From the NCBI RefSeq assembly GCF_018350175.1, contig NC_058368.1:161822001-161886000 (forward strand): 64,000 bases of DNA, in the 5' to 3' direction. Shown here piece by piece: positions 26,311 through 39,105 of this stretch. Source of the stretch: Felis catus (Eukaryota). Below the pieces are notes generated by a model, which was not told where the DNA came from, did no database searches, and was given only the letters and a program-made list of their open reading frames with translations. Made by a program: the position numbers and the translations under genes. Each line of letters begins with the position of its first letter. The stretch's first letter is position 1.

Positions 26311-27547
26311 TGTCTCCGTGAGTGTCTAAGGGTAGTGACTAACTGTGTTCTCATTATTACATTAGGTGCATCTCCACCCTCAGGTCTGCCCCCCGTCTTG
26401 GCCCAACATGTGTGGCATTCTCATTATAAACTCATTTTCTCTTCCTTCTCTTCTCAACTATTGTCTCATGTTGAACCAGTCTATAAATGATAATCTTACA
26501 AATAGGGGCATGCTACTTCTGATGTTAAAGTGCACACCAGTGATAGTCACAGTACTTTTTAACATATTACGGTTGGACTACTTACTTCTCTTTTCTCATT
26601 GTTCATACACAATTGACCACTTCCACTAAAGGGGAGCTGACAGAATACAGAGTATTGCCCTAATAGGTTATTTGTATTTATTTTGCTTTAGTTCATAGAA
26701 ATTCTTATGTTTCCATCAGCAAGAAATCTCAACATGAAGATATGATTTTACTGGTGTAGCAATTAAAAGGCATAAATGGAAAATTGGCATCTAGCTGAGT
26801 AGACTGGCTCCAACATTAAAGCATATCATGCTGCCTAATATGAAATGTCTGTATCAGAGAAGGAGGTAATTAATTCATCAACACAATAGGCTATAAGAAA
26901 ACCCATTGTGTTAATTGACCTCATAAATGAAAATCAATGCCTTCTTATTCCCTACCACATCCTTGGACCCATGATCTTCATGTTGATGAAATAACAAATA
27001 CCTTCACATGCATTGCTGCACACCACACACAGAGCAGTACTTTCATTACTTATTACCTCAAACAGACACAGAATCCTTCCCTGAACTGCACATCTTGAAA
27101 ACATCTTTCTGAGAAACAAAAATAAAAAACCCAACATTTCAGGGAAAAAAAAGTGGAGACAGTGAGCTTAACCCACAGATTCCAAACATTCTGTGTTAGA
27201 ACTTGATGCCGTTATTTCTTACATCCTCTTTTTCCTCAAAGAGATCAATGTCTTTAAGCAGCTCTTTCACATGCACATTCATGCTTATTTTATTAGTTAG
27301 ATACAAATCCCTGGTGGGAAAAAAAGTAGCAGGACGAGGTAAACTGTGAGAAATTCATTTTTCCTGAGTAATACTGAGATCCCATATAGTAGGTATGTGG
27401 GTACGCTGGCCTTCAGCAAATATTTTCAGGAGGTGACTATTTATCTATCTATTGATCTATCAATTGATTGATGTATACATACCAACTTGCTATATCTCTG
27501 TGGGGAAATTCATGTCTGGCCTTCAACACAGAAGTATATGGCCAACC

Positions 27548-27582
27548 ATCTATCTATATCTACATATCTATATCTATATCTA

Positions 27583-27617
<35 letters not shown>

Positions 27618-27678
27618 ATCATCTATATCTATCTATATCTATATTATCTATATCTATATCTGATCTATATCTATCTAT
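27548..27678. repeat. Compound (TATC)n/(TATATC)n repeat
   Basis: Direct reading. Confidence 0.93.
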
Positions 27679-28159
27679 GTAATATTTTCCCCCAGAGTAA
27701 TATCATTATGCAAAGAAAGCGTCTGGTTCTGGAATCAGAAGAGCTAGTCTCTTTGTTTACCTGCCATAGATCTTGGATTGTTTTAAGTTTGAAAGAGGAC
27801 AAGTTAATGACATTTACAAAGCTATATTAATCAAATAACTATATAAAAAAATAAATGCCAACATAAATCTCTAATAGTAGATGATAGTAATTAGTATTTA
27901 GCTAATACCTTACTGTATGAGTCCCTTGATTTTTTTGTAACACTTGATTCCTATACATACCCCAGATTCCTGCAATCCTCAGACTGAATCAGACTTGTTC
28001 TCCACTGAGCATTTTACCATAGAAGAAATGCATATGACATTTTTTATTGTGCTAAGTTAACTCCCAGCCTAAAGTGAATGAGTTGGTGCTGAGAAAATAC
28101 TAGCCTCCTGTTTTATCCTAAGTGAGATATAAGAATGAAAGTAAGAATAAGAACAAGAA

Positions 28160-28380
28160 TAAATAATAATAAAAAAATAATTATGAGGTCAGAGTGCCTG
28201 CCCTCTGACAGCAATTTTATAAATCTATTACCTGTAATCCTCAAAAGCACTATCAAGTAAGATTTATATCTTTGGCGAAAGACACATCAAAAGTGTAGAT
28301 GTAGAGCACATCTACTGATGCTGATGTAGAGCACAAGGTCAAATTTGTCATTCTCCAATGCCTGTCTAAAGACTTTCAGT
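28160..28380 (-). mobile_element. MIR fragment
   Basis: aataataata...tattacctgtaatcctcaaaagcac resembles the reverse MIR 3' half. Confidence 0.45.
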
Positions 28381-28496
28381 TACACAACTACTTCTCTAGT
28401 TTTGGAGACACAAGACTTAACTGAACAGAGAATACTGAAAAAGATGTCATAATCCAGTGGCAGTTAGTAGGAGGCATTTAAGAATGTTCTCATATA

Positions 28497-28687
28497 GGGG
28501 CGCCTGGGTGGCTCAGTGGGTTAAGCGTCCGACTTCGGCTCAGGTCATGATCTCACAATTCGTGAGTTTGAGCCCTGCATTGCTGCTGTCAGGACAGAGC
28601 ACTCTTCGAATCTTCTGTCTCTCTCCCTCTCTGCCTCTCACTCACTCGTGCTCCCTCTCTCTCAAAATGGATAAACATTTAAAAAAA
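28497..28687 (+). mobile_element. SINEC_Fc-like SINE
   Basis: ggggcgcctgggtggctcag head; perfect 15-bp TSD aagaatgttctcata. Confidence 0.97.
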
Positions 28688-28829
28688 AAGAATGTTCTCA
28701 TACACATCACTAACTGATCATCCACTTGGACAACACAACAGGCTGGGATAACACATTGTATACCATAAGCAAACCATGAAAATATTTGAAGCAATTGTTT
28801 GAATGATTCTGGAATGAAACACACAATTA

Positions 28830-29110
28830 TCTTTTGTAGTAGAATTACACTAGCTTTTCTAACCGCATTAATAAAGGTTTATTTCTTACTTTTATCAAGT
28901 CTAAAGCAATTCAGATAGCCTTTCTTTTTCTTGTATCTTGAATGTAATTGGCAGGGAAGGTAGGAATAGAAGATGCATATTAGTTTTTAGTTGACACAAG
29001 TCACTTCCTCTTGTAGTCTATTGGCCAGATCTATTGGCCAGAACCAACCTAATTGCCAGAGAGACTAGAACATTTTGATCTGCATATGAATATTTTGTGT
29101 GTTACATACT
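28830..29110 (-). mobile_element. Old MLT1 (J/K/L-like) LTR fragment
   Basis: aaaggtttatttcttact; cacaagtcacttcc...ctattggccagaac; tctattggccaga duplicated in tandem. Confidence 0.55.
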
Positions 29111-29525
29111 TCATACCACACTTTGGTTTCTGTTTAGGTGTTTATTTCATGAGAAAATGTCTTTATACCAAATTATGTAAACAACCAGACCGTTTATTAT
29201 TTTAAAGCTAAAAGCTATTTATTGTCACTACAGATGCTATGGTTTGTGCATTTTCCTTACAATTGAGAAACCCAGATCTTACTCACAGGCTTTATTTTTT
29301 CCTAAGTCATCAAACCATTGCAATACAATACAACCATCTGCAATACAATGCAGATCAGTATGGTGGCTATATTGAAACAACAACATAACATGGTATTTCC
29401 TGGGATTCTGAATGATAGGGTGTTATCTCCTTATTGTCCATGCAACTACATTATATAAAGCATTCCATTCTTCCACAGAGTTGTTTCTAATAAGATACCT
29501 CAGTATTGAAATGTGAGACCTGAGT

Positions 29526-29700
29526 GGGCATCTGGGTAGCTCAGTCTGTGAAGAGCTTGACTCTTGATTTCAGCTCAGGTTATGATCTCATGGTTTGTGA
29601 GTTTGAGCCCCACATCCAGCTTTGTGCTGACAACACGGAGTCTGCTTGGGATTCTCTCTCCCTCTCTCTCTCTCTCTGCCCCTCCTGTGTTTGTGCTCCT

Positions 29701-29733
<33 letters not shown>

Positions 29734-29764
29734 GTCTCTCTGTCTCTCTCTCTCCCCCCTTGTA

Positions 29765-29808
<44 letters not shown>

Positions 29809-29858
29809 GAAAGAAGCAGAAAGGAAAAGAAAAGAAAATTTCTTAAAAAAAGGAAAAA
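29526..29858 (+). mobile_element. SINEC (Fc2-like) with expanded (CT)n and (GAAA)n tail
   Basis: Perfect 16-bp TSD gaaatgtgagacctga at 29508-29523 and 29859-29874. Confidence 0.96.
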
Positions 29859-29907
29859 GAAATGTGAGACCTGAATGACCCAAACTTTTTGATTAAAAAT
29901 TCTAATC

Positions 29908-30140
29908 GGGGCACCTGGGTGGCTCAGTCAGTTAAGTGTTTGACTCTCGATTTCACCTCAGGTTATGATCTCATGGTCATGTGATCAAGCCCTGCATCAG
30001 GCTCTGTGCTAGATATGGAGCCTGCTTGGGATTCTGTCTCTCTCCATGTCCCTTTGTCCCTCCCTCACTCACATGTATGTGCATGCACACGCTCTCTCTC
30101 TCTCTCTCTCTCTGTCTCTCTTAAGAATAAATAAATAAAT
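29908..30140 (+). mobile_element. SINEC SINE
   Basis: ggggcacctgggtggctcag head, (CT)n, (TAAA)n tail. Confidence 0.94.
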
Positions 30141-30185
30141 AATTGTTATCAGGATTGAATTCAGACTCTATGAAACAAATTCAAC

Positions 30186-30202
30186 TATATATTTTATATA
30201 TA

Positions 30203-30243
<41 letters not shown>
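30186..30243. repeat. (TA)n microsatellite
   Basis: Direct reading, interrupted. Confidence 0.93.
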
Positions 30244-30244
<1 letters not shown>

Positions 30245-30289
30245 GACATAACGTCACATAAGAAAGTACAGAAAAAGTATTTCACCTAA

Positions 30290-30682
30290 GTAATTTTTGG
30301 GTAACAGTTTTGCTTGGATACTGTAAGGAAAATGACTAAAAGATGTATAAAAGAACTATACATCACATTGTACTCTAGTTGGTAAGTTAGCTTTCCATAT
30401 AATGTGTACTGATATTTAGAAACCAATGTGTGTATATACCAGGGTGGAACAAATAAGTAAAATGTAGATAATGGCAGCCAGGTTTCTTACTCTTAGAGAA
30501 ATAAGCTAGAGAGAGAAAGAGGCAGAAAGAGAGGGGGGAGAGAGAGAGAGGGTGAAAGAACTGGAGTAAGCCTAGAATGAACCATGTGGGGCTAGATGAG
30601 AGTTAGAGTTATCTGTATGAACTCTTGTTTTTTTTTAAATATATAATATACATATAAGTAGAGCAGAAATAAAATAAATCTG
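30290..30682 (+). mobile_element. L1MC3/4-like 3'UTR fragment
   Basis: gaacaaataagtaaa...gccaggtttcttact...ctagaatgaaccatgtgg...tatgaactc. Confidence 0.7.
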
Positions 30683-30706
30683 TATATATATATATGTATA
30701 TATATG

Positions 30707-30761
<55 letters not shown>
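30683..30761. repeat. (TA)n microsatellite
   Basis: Direct reading, interrupted. Confidence 0.95.
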
Positions 30762-30827
30762 TAGTATAACCCACCCCACACCCCATGTTGGAATTATGCC
30801 CAGGAACCCACAAGAGGCCTTAGATTC

Positions 30828-30930
30828 TAATGACCTCTGAAAAGATCTTCAAATCAGGTCACATTGTGAGTAACTGGGGGTTAGGACCTCAGCAAATGAA
30901 TTGTGAGGGGACATGATTCAGCTCATGACA
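30828..30930 (-). mobile_element. MLT1 (A-C-like) LTR 5' fragment
   Basis: aggtcacattgtgagtaactgggggttaggacctcagcaaatgaattgtgaggggacatgattcagctcatgaca. Confidence 0.8.
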
Positions 30931-30976
30931 CCTATTCAGGTGCAATACACCATCAAAGATTTTCCCTTATCCTCAG

Positions 30977-30978
<2 letters not shown>

Positions 30979-31018
<40 letters not shown>
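30979..31018. repeat. (TG)20 microsatellite
   Basis: Perfect run. Confidence 0.98.
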
Positions 31019-31021
<3 letters not shown>

Positions 31022-32567
31022 TATTTAGGTTATTTTAAGAGAGGGTGAGTGAGTACAAAGTCAAGCTGGGACAGAATGTATGGTTCTCACATATTCTCCT
31101 CCTTAATAGTTGCTTTTAAGAAATTATCAGCCTAAAAACTTAGTTTAAAAAAAATCTCTAAAAACTTAAAAAAATGCATTAAACTGGAAGGCAACAGAAA
31201 TCTTTCTATGGGAGCATAATTCTGTTTGATTAGCTCTTACCAAAGACAAACTTAGCAACAAAAATTTACCACTTTCCATTCTGGCAGTGACTCAGCATAC
31301 TATCATTTATAATAAAGGCAAATTGCCTACTAATTCCATATATTATACATGGTCATAGAAATCCAAAGGCAAAGTTTGTCTTCCTGTTTCCTTATAATAA
31401 AAATTCATTTCCATCTGCGCCCCAGGAAGGCAGAGTTTCCACTGTTTTTTTATGCTAAGTTTTGACAGTACTTACACTAGGAATCAATGGATAAAATAAC
31501 ACAATGCCATATGATCATCATATATCTCACAGATAGAAATATCAATTTTAGTGCAATGGAAAGGAATAACTTTTGAAAATATGCCAAAAAGGAAATACAT
31601 ATATGCAAAAACATATTGGATACTACTGTATTTAAAATATTCTGCACATCTGTTATTAATCTTCCTCTGCTATGCAAAAAATAATTATATTAGCTACTGA
31701 AAATCAGGAAAAAATAGATTTAAAATCCTGAGGGGTGTTGTAATATTCCATAAATATTCAGGCCAGCTGGGCCGGTTTCACAAGCTTTGAGAAAGGCAAA
31801 ACTATATTATAATGCCTACAGTGGGTTTAGTGCTGTTTGCCTGAGAAGTGACCTATTAGTGGGGGGAGTTAAATAAAAGTGCAAACAACAGAGGATATAA
31901 TCCATTTATAATCCTAAGGCTAGGGTTTATATATGCTAATATTTCCAAGAAACTTGGCAAAGAATCAACAATGTAATAGCTCCCTGCTCCCGAAGTATTT
32001 GAGCTATTATAGAATACAGATCTCAGGATCACAGAAATGTCCTTAGTGTAGTTTTTAGAGATAAGTGTCTAATATTAAGAAAAAGAAGATATATTCTGGT
32101 GGGAAATCTTAATTTCTGAAATTTTTTTCAATTTTGGAGTGCATGTATGCTGATAGAAATAACCGATAGAAAGTCTATCAAGAAAAGCAACATACAATGT
32201 ACAGTACTTTTCTAACTCCCAGAATTCCAAGTCCGATTTTACGCTTTTCGAGACACTTATAATGTTAATGATAATATCTTTAGACCCTAAAACCTCTTAA
32301 ATGTGTAACCTGATCTTTTGTGCACACAGAATGACATGCTGAATGTGTTTTGCAGTATGCAGTTTTGCAGGTGCAAGTTCATTGGGAATTTCTGCTAGCA
32401 GAACAAAATTCACAGAATCATGGTTCTACAAATATCCTCAAATTTAAAATTGCCCAATTTAGACTTTTCTCTTTTTCTTTAAGCAGCTTGTTGCTTCTGG
32501 GAAGATTATACACCTCATGGATCCCATTTGTAAAGAAGCTTCATAATCATATCTGTCTTCCTTCCTT

Positions 32568-33062
32568 CTTCCTTGACCAAATTCTAATCAGGCTCTTCTG
32601 AGCTCTTTAACAACTATCCATCAAGTTTTGGACTTCTGTGTACACTTCTGTACTGTCCAATTTTAGCAAAATTCCTGCTAACTTAGTTTAACCAGAATTC
32701 TCCACCCTGGAAAGCTAATAGTCCTTGATATATGATCAGATTTCCTATCCTCCAACATCCCCCAGGGGATAGCCAAACACCATGGCCTGTCTTCAGTAAG
32801 AATCCTGTGGGTCTGTTTAGCTAGAATCCCTCCCTTACTCATGATATTTTCTCTTAATTAATTTTCTATCCATTGCACACACACTCCTATTCTTTGGCTA
32901 TAAATTCCTACTTTTCCTTGTTGTATTCAGTATTGAGCCCAAACTCTCTCCCTCACTGCAAGGCACATTACATTGGTCCCTACACCTATCCTGATAGCTC
33001 CCCTAAATAAAGTCTGCCTTATCATCTTTAACAAGTATCATGAATAATTTTTTTCTTTAATA
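32568..33062 (+). mobile_element. MER31A-like ERV1 solo LTR
   Basis: ccttgaccaaattctaatcaggctc...ttggctataaattcc...aataaagtctgcctt...aagtatcatgaataatttttttctttaa, colinear with recalled MER31. Confidence 0.88.
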
Positions 33063-33778
33063 CTTCCTCGTTTCCTTCTTTCCTTTCATCTAACCTTCAT
33101 TCAATCTTTACTTCCTTCCTATCTTATTCTTATTTTTCTTCCTTCTTTCCTTTTTTTGTAATAATAAAATAATGTTTATTAAAGGTTTACTATGCGTTGC
33201 TGTGTGAAACATGTTGTTTTGTTTTGTTTTGGTGATGAAGCATTTCTAAATTTATGTAAAAGATATAGCAGATATAAAGGAAGAAGTCACGTTAGGGAGA
33301 TGGCTTTTGCTCATATTATAGGACCAGAATTTGATTAACATTATCTAAAATATATTAATCCAAAGCAAAGAGTATATGTAAATTCACAAATTGATCCCCA
33401 GGATATTCATTCAATCTGGCAATAAATGTAAAATTCATAGTTTATTTGTGTACAATTCAGGCTAATTTCAAGGTTAAATGCTTCTCTAGGAAATTAGAAT
33501 AAATAGCATTCATCAAAATGTATAAATGATTTCCTGTGAAGTTATATTAACTTAGAAACCTAAAGAGGAAAGAGACTTCAGAACTCATCTGTCTAGTCAT
33601 AACTTCACTAGTCAAAACAAGGAAATCAATCATTTTATGTATTCATAAAGCAATTACTATTTGATGTGCAAGATATAAGGCACAAGGTGTGGTATAAATG
33701 TGAAACCACGTGATTACACAGAGGTGATATATCACATTGTATTAAGTAGGGACAATAGAATAAAAACAATGAAGGGCA

Positions 33779-33963
33779 TTTTTTGTAATGTTTATTTTTG
33801 AGAGAGAACGAGCAAGGGAGGGGCAGAGAGAGAGGGGGATAGAGGATCCAAAGCAGGTTCTGATCTGATAGCAGAGAGACGAACACAGGGCTTGAACTCA
33901 CAAACCATGATCATGACCTGAGCCAAAGTTGGATGCTTAACCAACTGAACCACCCAGGCACCA
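33779..33963 (-). mobile_element. SINEC SINE
   Basis: Reverse SINE; TSD atgaaggg(ca/tg)ttt. Confidence 0.93.
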
Positions 33964-34229
33964 CATGAAGGGTGTTTCCAGCGTAAGACAGTATATGATA
34001 ATCATCAAATAGTAATAGGAACAATTAAAAGGAAAAGGAGCTCTCTGTGGGTCAAGCTGTCAGGGAAACAGAAGTGAGATTGAATTAGAATTTTAAGAAT
34101 TGCTAAGCTTTTGTTAATAATCTAAGTTAAAACATATTTTAGGTAAATGAAGAATATTCTTACATTCTTCTGTAAGCTATAAAATACCAAATTACCTGAC
34201 CTCTCCATCACTACCATCATACATTAGTA

Positions 34230-34940
34230 TGTGCATAATAGTATATTTAAAATTATAATATATGGGTCTCTGCCCCCACCCCTTTCTGACACAGAGCTCC
34301 ACAAGGCTTGCAAATTCCTGAGGGATAAGAGCACTAGGAGTATCTTCTGTTCTAGTGAGGTAACTAGATGGGCTACAGGGTGGGGCTACCCTCCTTGAAG
34401 ACCAAGGCATAATTAGTAGTTGGAATAGTCAACTTCCATCACCCTCACTTTTCTGGAGGAGAGTGAGGGGCTGGAAATGAAGTTAATGATCAATTATGTC
34501 TACATTATGAGACCTCCATAAACTCTTCATCTGGCTCTTCATTTATCCTTTATCATATCTTCTACTAAACTAGTTAAATGTAAGTAAGTGTTTGCCTGAG
34601 TTTTATGAACTATTCTAACAATTAATTGAATCCAGGGAGAAGGATGTCATGGGAATCTCTGATTTATAGACAACTTGGAGAGAAGTTGTGGGCAATCTGG
34701 AGACCTACTATGTGTGATTGATATCTGAAGTGGGGGGCAGGCTTGTGGGACTGAGTCCTTAACCTGTGTGATCTGACAGTATCTCCAAGGTATTGTTGGA
34801 ATTAAGTTGAAGTGTAGGAAACCCAGCTGCTGTTTCAGGCTTCTTGGGGTGGGGGACACACACCTGGCACCAGAAATGTTGTGAATATGCCAGTAGTGTG
34901 AGAGTAAATGAGAAACATGGAAGAAGAACTGGTTTTCTCT
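34230..34940 (+). mobile_element. MER21-family LTR
   Basis: ggtctctgcccc...gacacagagctc...gaccaaggcataattag...taaatgtaagtaagtgtttgcctgagtt...atctgaagtgggg...gggactgagtccttaacctgtg. Confidence 0.85.
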
Positions 34941-36966
34941 AGTGTGGTATACAAATTAAGAATATCTTCCCCTATTATTCAGCTCTCCCTAAAGCCAAAC
35001 AAACTAAAACAAAGCTATTTTGCCCTCATTTGTTCATCATCTCTCTCATCTTATCTCAATGAATTGCTTTTCCAAAATAATCTAGAGTGTTTATGTTTTG
35101 CCACATTTTTCTGTGAGTATTCATGTAGTTTATTTATTAACTATTACTACTATTAATAGTTATAGTATTAGTAATATTAATTACTAACAATAATAGTAAT
35201 AGTAATACTATTACTACTGTATTCATGTAGTTTATTTATTATTATACCTTTGATTGCATCAAGGTATGCTACACAATAAGAAAATGAACCTTCATAGTAT
35301 TAAACATATGCTGAACTTTTATAGATATATGTAAGTTTTTATTTCATTAATTTGAGAAGAATTCTCTACCTGTGATGCTTTCCTTTCTTTAAATATCCTT
35401 TTATTTTAAGCAACAGTGTAAAATATTCTTTTATTTAATGATGACTTTAAGAATAGAATGTCACTAGACAAAAATTCACTGTCATAGAGCAGGCCAGTAT
35501 TTTTTTTTAATATAGATTGTATATTTATAGTTTCTTGTCACCACAGAAGTCTATATTGGACAAGTACCAAGTGTCTAATAAATACCTGATAAACAAAACT
35601 AAATATCTCTTAATAAAAAACTCATCAAATAAATGTCAAAAAAGCTGTTTTGTTTTTTTTTTGCCAGTGACTACTTATTTGTTGAATAATTAAGTAAAAC
35701 CACTTCACCAAATAGTGGGGGTTACGATTAAAGTTCACTATCTGCAAAGTGGAACTGCCATATTTCTTTGGCTCCACATTTTGATTTCTTTCAGTTCTGT
35801 AATCAGAGACCCGAACTGTCATCTGCAGTCTCTCAATCACTCCCATTTACCTCCCCACACTTCACCTTGAAGCCAAATTTAATAACTAAGCTTTAAAATC
35901 TGAAAGCTAGGGCAGGCCTTATCTTTAGCAACATGAATAATGTCACAATTTTCAAAAAAGAAAATGCCCTCAACTCATACAGCAAGATTAAATTATATAT
36001 TTACTCTGGGTTCTGGGCATAGAAAATGTCAATGGGCTATTCCAAATCATCTTTATTAGCCATGATATAAAGATGTCATCAGGTATCATGTATTATTGAT
36101 GTCTTTATTGTTTTCTTTTCATACTATGATCAATAACAGGAGTATAAAATTTCCTGCCAGTTACTTGGTCATCTTGTAGCCCTATGGGATAACACAGAAA
36201 ACTCAAGAAGATTTGCAATTGAAACATTATTTACAGGAATGCATCCTTTAGATGCTGAGCTAATACAGTACTCATCCTGATTTACTAATGAGGTAAAGCC
36301 AGTGAAAGAGTAATAGCAAATATGCACTCAGAGTATATTTCCATCACTTTCCTTTTCCCTTGGCTCATCATTTTATTACTGAATTGGATGGCAAAAACTA
36401 AATAGCCTTTGAGCCCACATCAGCAATTCTATAGCTACTCAAAATATATGTTGTCTTGCTATTATTTTATTTTAGATCATAACCTTTTTTAGTTTCTGAA
36501 ATAAATTTGAGATTATCTCAGTGTTGATCATTCAAAGTAGGTGAATTTTCCCTACTTTGAAAGAACAGAGTGTCCTAGAAACATAAGGGTCAAATCACAG
36601 AGCACACAGATAAACAAGAGTTTCCCGGGCCAGTCATAATTTATTACTTTGAAAAGTATTGTGTCTTATTAAGACTCCTTTAGTTACCTATTAGAGAACG
36701 TAGTGAAACTGGCTTAAACCAAAACCACAAGAGTTATTAGATTAGCAGAGAGCTACTTTCTGGAATATAAGGGCAGGAATGAATCTTTCCTCCAGATAGA
36801 TGTAAAGTAATCAGAAACATTGGAGGTATTTTCTCTCTGCTTTTTGACTTCTTTCTTTTTTCTTTCTACACATTATGATTGCACTATTATGCTTCTTGGT
36901 GATCTTAACAAAATGTTGCCAGTACAACACTCCTGAGTTTATATACTGTGTGTATATATATATATT

Positions 36967-37205
36967 CATAAACCTTGGATTATGAGTAACTTGTTCTGTG
37001 ACTGTTCTGCAAGATGAGCAAACATTTCTAAGAAAATTTAACTTGATAAATGAATGATGTCTTGCAATCTGAGTAGTATGTGACAACGAATGTCACATGA
37101 TCACAACTGAGTCAATGGTTCTTGAAATTCTCTTTGATATACAAGCACTATGGATTACAAGCATGTTTCCGGAATGAATTATGCTTGCATACCAAGGTTT
37201 TACTG
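36967..37205. mobile_element. Tc1/mariner (Tigger/pogo-type) MITE, about 240 bp
   Basis: Right end ccaaggttttactg followed by TA; left end cataaaccttgg is a degenerate copy of cagtaaaaccttgg; lies within TA-rich sequence. Confidence 0.75.
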
Positions 37206-37241
37206 TATATATACTGTATAAATACAGTATATATGCAGTAT

Positions 37242-37268
37242 ACACACACACACACACACACACGCACA
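37242..37268. repeat. (CA)n microsatellite
   Basis: Direct reading. Confidence 0.92.
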
Positions 37269-37486
37269 TATATGTATAATATAAATATGCCTTAGTGCCA
37301 AACATACAGAAACCAACTAGCTGATTTCTTACCTGTGTTTAAATGTTGCAATACAAGTGCTCTCTATTATGAATATATCTGCCTTTTCAAAATCATCAGG
37401 TTTAACTTATTTGAAAGTAACTTATTTGGCATTTTTGCATTTATGATATTCAGGGATTTGGTATTTTGATTCATGTAACTTTTAAA

Positions 37487-37694
37487 AAAATTTTTAATGC
37501 GTATTTTTGAGAGAGACAGAGATAGAGCGCGAATTGGGGAGAGGCAGAGAGAGAGGGAGACACCGAATCTGAAACAGGCTCCAGGGTCTGAGCTGTCAGC
37601 ACAGATCCCTACACAGGGTTCAAACTCATGGACTGTGAGATCATGACTTGAGCTGAAGTCAGATGCTCAACCGACTGAGCCACTCAAATGTCCC
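37487..37694 (-). mobile_element. SINEC_Fc-like SINE
   Basis: Reverse SINE; TSD gattcatgtaacttttaaa. Confidence 0.96.
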
Positions 37695-38399
37695 GATTCA
37701 TGTAACTTTTAAATAGTAAAATAATTGTAAAGAAAATGAGACAAATATTTGAATTGTTACTAGTTTCTTGGGCAATGTACTTGAATAATGTGTGTATTTA
37801 ATATGCCTACATTTCTGTGTGTATGGAGTTTATATTGGTGAGAATGTAAGACCCATTAATTTCTCCAGAAATAGTATTAAAATATTCTTTGTTAACATGA
37901 TGTTTGTTATATTGACTACTATGTAACTAAAATGAGTACAACTCTGTACATTTGATTAAAGATATAGTCTTTATATCTGTATAAACTAGCACAGTTCATA
38001 TAGTTTTTAAATAGTGTGTAGTAAAAACTTTTGGAGTCTCAAGTCCTATACACAGAAGTGTTACACATTCTTCTATTGATCCACAAACTCTCTTGAATTA
38101 GTGTATGTTTAATTATTACACCAATAGAAATCATGAATTATAGCTATAAACTGGTTGATGTTTTAGCATTTACTAATTTAAAATCTGCTTGGGTTGTTCA
38201 GTATAAATCTTAATATAGAGAAAGTCAGACTTCAAGATCTGTCAAAAAAAAGTGCAAGTTCTTTCATAGTTAAAATGCTACTTTAATTATTGTGAAGAAA
38301 ATAAGACACATGTGCAGAAAGCCCTTAGAAGAACCGAAGCATTCACCTCTAGCTGATCTCTAGTCTCAATGCAAGTGGAAAATGAAGACTAAGGCAGAA

Positions 38400-38624
38400 T
38401 TTTATTTTCTTAAAATTTGTTTAATGTCTATTTATTTTTGAGAGAGAGAGAGACAGAGTGTGAGTGGGTAAGGGACAGAAAGAGAGGGAGACACAAAATG
38501 TGAAGCAGGCTCCAGTCTCTGAGCTATCAGCACAGGACTCAACATGGGACTCAAACCCACAGGCCATGACATCATGACCTGAGCAGAAGTTGGATGCTTA
38601 ACCTACTGAGCCATGCAGATGCCT
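38400..38624 (-). mobile_element. SINEC_Fc-like SINE in L1 5' region
   Basis: Reverse SINE; TSD ctaaggcaga(a/g)ttt. Confidence 0.94.
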
Positions 38625-38907
38625 CTAAGGCAGAGTTTAATGAGCATGGCTAAGTGTTGAAGGAGTGTCCCAACATAGAGCCAATCTGCAAAAACTCTTA
38701 CCTTTGCTTTCATTTATTTTGCAATAGGTATTCAAAGAAATCTCTGTCAAACTTTTTGTGTATGTGTTCTCTCTCTCTTTTCTTCTCTGTCTCAGCTCTT
38801 CAAGTACAAGAAAAGATCTGTGAAAACACAGGCTGAACACAAAGCTAAAGGAATAGATACTTCAGAGACCATGCATTGAAATGAATACAAAAATACTTTA
38901 TGAAATT

Positions 38908-39105
38908 GGGACACTTGGGTGGCTCAGTCAGTTGAGAATCCAACTTTGGCTCAGGTCATGATCTCACAGTTGTGGGTTCGAGCCCCACATCAGGCTCTGC
39001 ATTGACAGTTCAAAGCCTGTAACCTGCTTCACATTCTGTGTCTCTCTGCCCCCCACCCACTTGTGCATGTGCTCTCTCTGAAAAATAAATACATAAACAT
39101 TAAAA
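38908..39105 (+). mobile_element. SINEC_Fc-like SINE in L1 5' region
   Basis: gggacacttgggtggctcag head; TSD aaat(a/t)ctttatgaaa. Confidence 0.94.

Noticed and set aside
27452..27830. 76-aa and 120-aa ORFs rich in I/Y/L/S
   Set aside because: Read-through of the (TATC)n microsatellite, which lacks stops
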